Positions 56,982-64,000 of a DNA stretch of 64,000 nt are shown one piece after another (the stretch's first letter is position 1; each line of letters begins with the position of its first letter). The position numbers were made by a program, and so were the translations under genes. The notes under the pieces were generated by a model that did not search any database, was not told the DNA's origin, and saw only the letters and a program-made list of their open reading frames with translations. Source of the DNA: a virus (lineage: Duplodnaviria; Caudoviricetes); the IMG/VR virus record IMGVR_UViG_3300032138_000524, positions 32,001 through 96,000 of that record. One strand, written 5' to 3'.

Positions 56982-58154
56982 ATGATAAAATTTTATTTTG
57001 ATTTAAAGGGTTATATAGAATATAAAGTTTCAGATGAAATTAAAAAAATAGAAGTTATTGATCAACAAAAACTTCAAGATGGAATAGAAACATTTCAGGG
57101 TGAATTAGATTGGAAAGAAATGTGGACGGTAGATGATTCAGAAAAACGATTGGAAGATGGTTGGTGGTTTTATGTCGTAGAAAAAGATGATAAATATATT
57201 GGTTGGGCGTGGTTTGATACTGAAACAAAAAGGTTTTGTAATTTATATGTTCATAAAGATTATAGAGATAGTGGATATGGTAAAGAATTGGTATATGCAC
57301 GATTGAATGAATGTAAGAAACAAAATATTGAAAAGGTTTGGATGGAAGTGGATTCTTGGAATATACCTATTCAAAAAATTGGTCAAGAACTTGGATGGAC
57401 ACCAAAGATACATTATACATTTTGGACAGGAGGATATGATACAACTTTTTATGTATGTAAACTTTTGACAGAGGGAGAATTAGTTCAACCTATTTATATT
57501 GATGATAGGATAGATCATGGCGGTTATCATGCTAACCCACTTATAGTCCAAAGAGGAGAAACTGATAAATATCCAAGAAATTCATTTGATATAGAACAAG
57601 AAAGAATGGAGTGGTTACGAAAGAAAATTTATAAAACTATTCCAAATTCTGAAGAAAATTTTTTGAAAATGATGTTTATTGATAAACCTATAAATGAATA
57701 TCCAGAAATAAGTAAAACTGTTGAAAAATATAATGAATGGATTCCAGAAACTATACATAAAACTAAAAATAATGAATCATCTTGGTTAGAGGTACAAGCA
57801 GATATTGTATTACGATTTCAAAAAGAATTTGGATTGGAAATAGAATATCCGATAGAATATATAGAAGATGATTGGTATGAAATCATAGATTGTGCAATAG
57901 AAGATGGTAAATTTTATTCTGAAAGGTTACCAGAAAAATATAAAGATTTAAAAGTGTTTGGGGGATTTTCTTATCCATCAAGACACTTGACACGAGAAGA
58001 TATGTTAGAGGTGGCAGAAAAGATGGGGTTTGATGATTTGTTATATTATACTTGGACGTGTTGGTATCCAACAGATAAAGGTGAACCTTGTGGTAAATGT
58101 AAAATATGTAAGGAGAGAATAATAGAATGTCGGAGTATTGGGGACATCACTTAA
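56982..58154 (+). CDS. GNAT fused to a QueC-like PP-loop ATPase domain
   Basis: LYVHKDYRDSGYGKEL; WTGGYDTT; TWTCWYP..PCGKCKIC. Confidence 0.7.
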   Translation: MIKFYFDLKGYIEYKVSDEIKKIEVIDQQKLQDGIETFQGELDWKEMWTVDDSEKRLEDGWWFYVVEKDDKYIGWAWFDTETKRFCNLYVHKDYRDSGYGKELVYARLNECKKQNIEKVWMEVDSWNIPIQKIGQELGWTPKIHYTFWTGGYDTTFYVCKLLTEGELVQPIYIDDRIDHGGYHANPLIVQRGETDKYPRNSFDIEQERMEWLRKKIYKTIPNSEENFLKMMFIDKPINEYPEISKTVEKYNEWIPETIHKTKNNESSWLEVQADIVLRFQKEFGLEIEYPIEYIEDDWYEIIDCAIEDGKFYSERLPEKYKDLKVFGGFSYPSRHLTREDMLEVAEKMGFDDLLYYTWTCWYPTDKGEPCGKCKICKERIIECRSIGDIT

Positions 58155-58486
58155 TACTTGATTGTAAATCAGGTAGTAAGAAGTTAATTAGTGATAAACA
58201 AAATCTAAAAAATTTTGTTGATGAACTTGTGAATAGAATAGATATGGTCGCTGTCGGTGAACCAATTATAAAATATCTGGCTTCTAATGCCGTGGATAAG
58301 GCGGGATATAGTCTTGTTCAATTAATAGAGACAAGTTCTATTGTTGGACATTTTATAAACAGTAGTGGTGATTTTTATTTAGATGTATTTAGTTGTAAAG
58401 AATTTGAAATAGAGAAGGTTACAGAGTGTGTGGATCAATTTTTTTCACCGCTTGAAACAAAAAGTAGATACTTATTAAGAGAATAA
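58127..58486 (+). CDS. speD: S-adenosylmethionine decarboxylase proenzyme
   Basis: WGHHLILDC, GYSLVQLIETSSIVGHF, YLDVFSCKEF. Confidence 0.8.
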   Translation: MSEYWGHHLILDCKSGSKKLISDKQNLKNFVDELVNRIDMVAVGEPIIKYLASNAVDKAGYSLVQLIETSSIVGHFINSSGDFYLDVFSCKEFEIEKVTECVDQFFSPLETKSRYLLRE

Positions 58487-58503
58487 AATAAGGAGAAGTT
58501 ACA

Positions 58504-59325
58504 ATGAATAAAATAATAAGGTTATTGTTGATAGGAATGGTTTCAATACTATCAGCCCAAACCGCAACAATCAAAAATAGTATAGTAGGATATTCTACAT
58601 TAGGAGATACAGTTTCTTTTGATAAACCATATCTTTGGTCATTCATTAAAAGTGATGATTCAAAATGGATGGCATCAATATTTGTAGAAGCACCTTGGAG
58701 TGACGAGTCAGTATATGTTGAGGAGTTGTTCTATAAACCGTATAGTGATAAATTTACTATTGGTTTAGGACGACAGGCAATTCCATTTGGTTCTAATGTT
58801 CCATATCTTGATTTAACAAGAGGAGATAAGTTTACTTATCAGACACCAACAGAACACGATGTTGGTTTGTTATATTTTGGTGATGGAGTTAGTGCATATG
58901 GTGGAATTGGAGATTTCTTTATTGAAACATATTATGGTTCAGATATTGAAAATGGTTGGGAATCACTTTCAACTGCCCGATTAAGTTATGAATGGAAAGA
59001 CCACTTTGTAGGATTTTCATATGATAATCAAGAACGGGCGGTAATTGATGTAAGTGGATATACTAAATATGTTGATTATGTTAGTGAAGTTAGTTTAGTT
59101 AATGACTATCAATGGATTAGAGCAATAGTGAAACCTGGTTTGTATGGTGTTTCTTTATTGACGGGATATGAAATAACTAATGGTGAAAGTCAGGCACTTT
59201 ATGGTCTTGTGTGGCAATATGGAGAACCTAATCGTTTCCTTTCCGCTGAATTAAGTGGTGAAGGTGATGTAAGGGTTAAATTGTATTATGGTTTTAACTT
59301 AAATATAGGAAAAGAAAATGAATAA
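58504..59325 (+). CDS. Putative outer-membrane beta-barrel/porin-like protein
   Basis: Signal peptide; amphipathic beta-strands; IGLGRQAIPFG. Confidence 0.55.
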   Translation: MNKIIRLLLIGMVSILSAQTATIKNSIVGYSTLGDTVSFDKPYLWSFIKSDDSKWMASIFVEAPWSDESVYVEELFYKPYSDKFTIGLGRQAIPFGSNVPYLDLTRGDKFTYQTPTEHDVGLLYFGDGVSAYGGIGDFFIETYYGSDIENGWESLSTARLSYEWKDHFVGFSYDNQERAVIDVSGYTKYVDYVSEVSLVNDYQWIRAIVKPGLYGVSLLTGYEITNGESQALYGLVWQYGEPNRFLSAELSGEGDVRVKLYYGFNLNIGKENE

Positions 59326-60226
59326 GTTTTTAAAAGGATTTTTAGCAATAACAGCTGCAGTATTCGCTTGGTCAACCCTTGAGGTTACTGGTAGTTTTAT
59401 ATTCGCTGAAGGAGCAGGACCCGTATCGGTATTGTCGGTTAGATTTCTAATCGCCACACTATTGTTTGCTGGGGTAATGTTATGGAAGAAACAAACAACA
59501 GGTGAAAATCTATTCGCCGTGGAAAAGGAAGATAGGAAGAAATTTCTATTAAATGGTGTAATATTGGCAGCACACTTGTTAGTGTATTGGTTCGCTTGGG
59601 AATTACTCGACCCGAACCTACCTGTTATTTACGCACTATTCTATATATATCCATTTATATTGTGTTTGATTTCCATATTTTACTATGGAGAGAAGTTCAG
59701 TAAAAATAGAAAACTCGCATTAGGATTGGGAACTCTTGGTTGTGCGTTCGCTATTGAATTGATACCAGCATTCTCACTTGAAGCCCTAAACACCAAAGGT
59801 GTATTATTGGGTGTGGCAGCTGGATTATCTTGGGTAGCATACTTGTTAGTAGGACAAGACATAATGAGAAAATATAAACCACTTACGATTGTATTTTATG
59901 ACTTTCTACAAGTGTTTGTTTATGTTTCATTATTCCAATCCCCCATGACAACACTTTCAGAGGTAACATTTAACGGATTACTGGCAATCACTTACATTTC
60001 AGTAGTGGCAAGTTTTATTGCTTATCTATGTTATTGGATAGCAGTTAAGAATATTGGAGCAACCAACACAGGAATTGCTGAATTGGGAACACCGATATTT
60101 GGAGTAACACTCGGTTACTTTTTCTTAGCTATGTCACCATCATTGTGGCAGATAGCTGGACTTGTGATGATTTCAAGTGGATTGTACTTAATCTACAATG
60201 AAAAACAAGTCGTATATGACCAATGA
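59318..60226 (+). CDS. EamA/DMT-family transporter
   Basis: ~10 TM segments; P..V...RFLIA, AYLCY..AVKNIGA, P.FGV..G. Confidence 0.88.
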   Translation: MNKFLKGFLAITAAVFAWSTLEVTGSFIFAEGAGPVSVLSVRFLIATLLFAGVMLWKKQTTGENLFAVEKEDRKKFLLNGVILAAHLLVYWFAWELLDPNLPVIYALFYIYPFILCLISIFYYGEKFSKNRKLALGLGTLGCAFAIELIPAFSLEALNTKGVLLGVAAGLSWVAYLLVGQDIMRKYKPLTIVFYDFLQVFVYVSLFQSPMTTLSEVTFNGLLAITYISVVASFIAYLCYWIAVKNIGATNTGIAELGTPIFGVTLGYFFLAMSPSLWQIAGLVMISSGLYLIYNEKQVVYDQ

Positions 60227-60938
60227 TCCTCAAATCTATGATCCCCTTATAATTGAATTAGATGAATATTTAGATTTATCTAATTTTAATTTATGTGTTC
60301 AAGAGTTTAAAGATACATTTGATAAAATACCGAATGATTATATAACTATTGGCCAATTTACTCCAGATGCATCAGTTGAAGATCCAGTTGATGCTAAAAC
60401 AATTAATTTAAGAGTACTTAAAAATTATGAAGATAGGAATGATTGGTCTTTAATTGATAAAGAGGAAAGGTTTAAAGATGGATTTACTTATAACTTATTT
60501 CCAAACATTAGAGAATTTGTTTCCCAGTTACCATTTAAAAGTATAGGTAGAATCTTTATCAGTTTTACAGAAAATGGAACAGACATAACACCACACGCTG
60601 GATTTACTCCAGAAGTTCAAAAGACTTGGAGACAAGAATTCTTGTGGTTTAGTTTGATTGGTAATAAAAGAATGTGGGCTACTAACTATGACAATACTTT
60701 GGAATTCTATAAAAATGGTTTTGTATTAGAGGATAGATTTGAAAAAGTATATTCTAAGGGAATATCTTGTAGATTTAATCCAGTTATGTTACATGGCGTA
60801 AAATGTGGAGATGATTTTTCTGCAAGTTTAAGAGTAGATGGAGAATATACAAGAGAGTTTAGGAAAAAGATATTTGGTGACGGTGAGTGGAGAACAGAAT
60901 TTACTCATGTAGATGAAAAACATTTACGGAGTAATTAG
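60216..60938 (+). CDS. Cupin / 2OG-oxygenase-like hypothetical protein
   Basis: LPFKSIGRI, ITPH, FN...HG, SLRVDG. Confidence 0.5.
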   Translation: MTNDPQIYDPLIIELDEYLDLSNFNLCVQEFKDTFDKIPNDYITIGQFTPDASVEDPVDAKTINLRVLKNYEDRNDWSLIDKEERFKDGFTYNLFPNIREFVSQLPFKSIGRIFISFTENGTDITPHAGFTPEVQKTWRQEFLWFSLIGNKRMWATNYDNTLEFYKNGFVLEDRFEKVYSKGISCRFNPVMLHGVKCGDDFSASLRVDGEYTREFRKKIFGDGEWRTEFTHVDEKHLRSN

Positions 60939-60940
60939 GT

Positions 60941-61441
60941 ATGACCAATGATGAAAAATATATATTAGAATGGTATAGAAATAAAATATGGGCAAAACCA
61001 TTTCTATCTAAAATATGTAATGGAATTGGAATGATTGCCATTCGTGATATACCTAAAGGAACGAGTATATTTGATTTAGCAGAAAAGAGTGTATACGGTT
61101 GGATTCCTTGGGGCAAGGCAAGGTCAATACCAAGAGAAGTTTTAGAATGGGTATTGGAGTGTCAACCACAACTTGGTGATAAAGTGGTGGATGTTGAAAC
61201 ACTACATAATGAATTTTTCAATGATGAACATGAATCTATGTTTGGATATACACAACAAGGAATGAATTGGCAAACAACTTGGTATTACGTTAACCATTCA
61301 TCAGACAATTCTAATGTAGCTGCACATTCAACTGGTCATCCAAGAGTTCAAAAGTATATCACTCTTAAAGATATTTATAAGGGAGAAGAAATATTAGAGG
61401 ATTATAATGGATATACAAAAGAATGGAAATTAGATATTTAG
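60941..61441 (+). CDS. SET-domain protein
   Basis: GIGMIAIRDIPKGT, YVNHS..SN, LKDIYKGEEILEDY. Confidence 0.8.
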   Translation: MTNDEKYILEWYRNKIWAKPFLSKICNGIGMIAIRDIPKGTSIFDLAEKSVYGWIPWGKARSIPREVLEWVLECQPQLGDKVVDVETLHNEFFNDEHESMFGYTQQGMNWQTTWYYVNHSSDNSNVAAHSTGHPRVQKYITLKDIYKGEEILEDYNGYTKEWKLDI

Positions 61442-62265
61442 ATTTAAAAGAAATTTCACCTGAGGTTTATACATCACTTTGGGAATACGATAGAGTTATT
61501 CAACTTGAAGAACCAACTTTTATAAAATTTTCCCCAAAAGATACAATTATTCAGTTTTGGCAAGGCCCATATTGGGATAGTGGTAGTGAATCTTGGAAAG
61601 AAGATTATACCAATATGGAAGTGTTTTATAATTCAGATATTATCCGTGATGAGATTAAAACAAGGTGTTATATTCCGATTGAAATTCCATATAGTGCAGA
61701 TGTATCATATTATATAGCATCCAAATATGGAACAGATTTTATTGTATTTGTGCCCAATTCAAATATACAGAAGAGGTCTGAATTAGATTCTGTTTTTAGA
61801 CATTTACTTTCTGATTTAATAACCAATAGAAATATTAAAAGTAAAGTAGAAGGTAATGATGTTTTTTATGAAAAAGATGGTATGTTTAAAAAGTTTTCAG
61901 GATCTATATATAGACCAGCAAGTAATGAATATGGATATGTTGATAATGGGATAACCTATAAATTTAATTCTGAGTTGGCTAATAGATTAAGAAGAGTAAA
62001 AACTGATGGCATTAATATTAAAAAATTTGAAGTAGATGATATATCAGATGCGGTAGGTGGGCTATGGGAAGTAGATCCTACTATAGATAGAGATAAATTA
62101 GATTTTGAAGTAGTTCAAGAAATGTCAAATCATTTAGGATATACGATAAGACATGATATTTTGACAAATAAAGAAGAAGATTTATTATTTGAGAGAGGAC
62201 ATAGGAGAATGACAGAAAAAGAATGGTATTTATATGGGAATAATGACATATTTGATATTTATTAG
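61423..62265 (+). CDS. Lipoate-protein ligase (LplA/BPL)-like protein
   Basis: GNDVFY....KKFSG motif; C-terminal EW.LYG. Confidence 0.55.
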   Translation: MEIRYLDLKEISPEVYTSLWEYDRVIQLEEPTFIKFSPKDTIIQFWQGPYWDSGSESWKEDYTNMEVFYNSDIIRDEIKTRCYIPIEIPYSADVSYYIASKYGTDFIVFVPNSNIQKRSELDSVFRHLLSDLITNRNIKSKVEGNDVFYEKDGMFKKFSGSIYRPASNEYGYVDNGITYKFNSELANRLRRVKTDGINIKKFEVDDISDAVGGLWEVDPTIDRDKLDFEVVQEMSNHLGYTIRHDILTNKEEDLLFERGHRRMTEKEWYLYGNNDIFDIY

Positions 62266-62286
62266 TGAAATAAATTGGGAAAATAA

Positions 62287-62691
62287 ATGGATTTTAAAAT
62301 AAATAATACATTTCGATACATATCAAGCAGTTCACTGGATGATGTTATATATTCTGTTAGGTATTCTTTTGAAGAAAGTGGTTCTTCAGAACACACCACA
62401 CTTTTGAATTATGAAACTCGTAGATTTTTTCATAATTGTGATCCAGTTACTTATGAAAATTTTGTAGCATTTAATACTGCTACTTCATCATTGAAGGACT
62501 GGGTTCAGAGTTCACACGGAGAAAATTGGGGTTCATTTACTGCGAGTGTTCAAACTTCGATGACTAACGCATTAAATTCCAGAACTTCTTCACCACCTAC
62601 CGATGTAATGACTTGGAATTCTGGATCATTGGTATTGGATGTTAAAGAAATAACAAGTGGGAGCCAACGCTCGGGCGAAGAATCGGAATAA
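62287..62691 (+). CDS. Hypothetical S/T-rich protein, possibly virion-associated
   Basis: 134 aa; DVIYSVRY...NFVAF...KDWV pattern. Confidence 0.5.
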   Translation: MDFKINNTFRYISSSSLDDVIYSVRYSFEESGSSEHTTLLNYETRRFFHNCDPVTYENFVAFNTATSSLKDWVQSSHGENWGSFTASVQTSMTNALNSRTSSPPTDVMTWNSGSLVLDVKEITSGSQRSGEESE

Positions 62692-62703
62692 CAGACCTTA
62701 ATA

Positions 62704-63891
62704 ATGAGTAATTTACCAAAAGGTCAATGTTATACAGGTTATTTGTTTGCTAGATTAGACGCGGGCGGTAACTATCATATTTGTTGTGGATCTATACCAG
62801 AAGGTGGTTCATATAAAGAAGATGGAAGATTTTTAAAGTATTGGAAATCTGATAAACTTAAAAAGTTATTACATGGATTAAAAACAAATTTATTAAAATA
62901 TAATTCTATGTGGGATAATGCATGTGATGATTGTCCTCATGTTGTAAGTAATAATGAGATATATGACCACTTAGATGGTGTAAGAGAGTTGCCTAAAGAG
63001 TATGCAATGGATACTTATCTCGAATCATTTAAATCTGATGATTTTACATTAGCTCCTGTATCTTTTTCTTTTGAGATTATAAATTCTTGTGACCATAGAT
63101 GTAATTTTTGTTGGAATTGGTCATATGATATGTTAGATAATAACGCACAATGGCCCGAGTGGAAATCTTGGACAAAAGAAAAAATATCATTTAAGATATT
63201 CAAAGAAACGATAGATGATTTAATAGAACTTGGTAGTCCAGCACCATTTGGTAGTGGACAGGGTGGATGTGAAGATATATTGATTTGTGGTGGTGGAGAA
63301 CCATTTTTACATCCACAAATTATGGATATGGTATCTCATGTTAAGAATAATAATTTTTATTGTCAAGTTACAACAAATTTTAGTAATAGTATTACAGATG
63401 AAATAATAGACGAATTGATAGAATTACAGGCAAATCAATTAATAATCAATACTTCAGCAGGGACAGAAGAAACTTATTGTAAAACGAGAAAAGTTAAAAA
63501 ATCAGCATGGGATAAGTTATTACATAATTTAAATTATATTAGTAATAGAAAGAAAGAAGTTGATTCGGTGAATCCAGAAGTTATAACTAAGTTTATTTTG
63601 ACAAGAACAAATGTTCATGAGATAAGTGAAATGATAGATTTGGCAATTAAAACAAAAGCGGATACAATTACATTTAAAAGGTTTTTAGTAAATGATGTTT
63701 ATAGTGGAAAAAATTTGACAGTAACAGATGAACAATATAATAAATTTCGTCCAATTTTAGAGGATAAAATGGAACAATATGAATTTGAAAAAATAATAGA
63801 CTATAATGGAATGTATAATTTTAATTATGTATCAAAAAAATATAATGTTACTTTAAGAAGTGATATAACTGGATTTTTTAGTAATTCATGA
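62704..63891 (+). CDS. Radical SAM protein with N-terminal SPASM domain
   Basis: CYTG...ICC...CDDCP; CDHRCNFC; GGGEPFLHP; TTNF. Confidence 0.85.
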   Translation: MSNLPKGQCYTGYLFARLDAGGNYHICCGSIPEGGSYKEDGRFLKYWKSDKLKKLLHGLKTNLLKYNSMWDNACDDCPHVVSNNEIYDHLDGVRELPKEYAMDTYLESFKSDDFTLAPVSFSFEIINSCDHRCNFCWNWSYDMLDNNAQWPEWKSWTKEKISFKIFKETIDDLIELGSPAPFGSGQGGCEDILICGGGEPFLHPQIMDMVSHVKNNNFYCQVTTNFSNSITDEIIDELIELQANQLIINTSAGTEETYCKTRKVKKSAWDKLLHNLNYISNRKKEVDSVNPEVITKFILTRTNVHEISEMIDLAIKTKADTITFKRFLVNDVYSGKNLTVTDEQYNKFRPILEDKMEQYEFEKIIDYNGMYNFNYVSKKYNVTLRSDITGFFSNS

Positions 63892-64000
63892 AAGAACAAC
63901 GAAATATTTGGACAGATGTAAATGGTGAAAAGTTATCCATGTGGACTGGTGAAGAATTGCCAATGTCAGAAGATAGCAAAGCTTATTGGGGATATAAACG
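63888..64000 (+). CDS. 3'-truncated hypothetical protein
   Basis: ATGA-coupled to the previous gene; open to the window end. Confidence 0.45.
   Translation, partial: MKEQRNIWTDVNGEKLSMWTGEELPMSEDSKAYWGYK

Noticed and set aside
1121-63203. Numerous short minus-strand and nested plus-strand ORFs in the track
   Set aside because: They lie inside longer motif-bearing genes and are shadow ORFs.

Overview
This is an AT-rich, gene-dense window with every credible gene on the + strand and many overlapping or coupled starts and stops. It looks like part of a large T4-like (myovirus-type) bacteriophage genome. Shine-Dalgarno AGGAG sites, canonical sigma70 promoters, a CarboxypepD-type TonB receptor and a GCYTQL lipoprotein point to a non-Bacteroidota FCB-group host such as Marinimicrobia (inference only). 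Order of content: (1) end of a baseplate module; (2) auxiliary metabolic genes (cysC, thyX, nagB, PIG-L deacetylase, RimK-like ligase), a minimal family-A polymerase and a GH6 glycosidase; (3) an early region with three repeated sigma70 promoters; (4) a 780-bp non-coding stretch holding several structured RNAs, including two tandem Y-RNA-like stem-loops directly upstream of a Ro60/TROVE gene and a cold-shock protein; (5) the replication core (SSB, UvsX/RecA, 5'-3' exonuclease, helicase, class II RNR, PolB, sliding clamp); (6) an ~18-kb accessory island between clamp and clamp loader; (7) a further cluster of tailoring enzymes. Top leads: the phage Ro60 + non-canonical Y-RNA/ncRNA cluster; a PLP enzyme / Fe-S protein / kinase / radical SAM / methylase cassette next to the clamp whose first two members carry clamp-binding-like FF tails; and an H-type pseudoknot in front of the TonB receptor. 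All functional calls come from visual motif recognition, with no database searches run.
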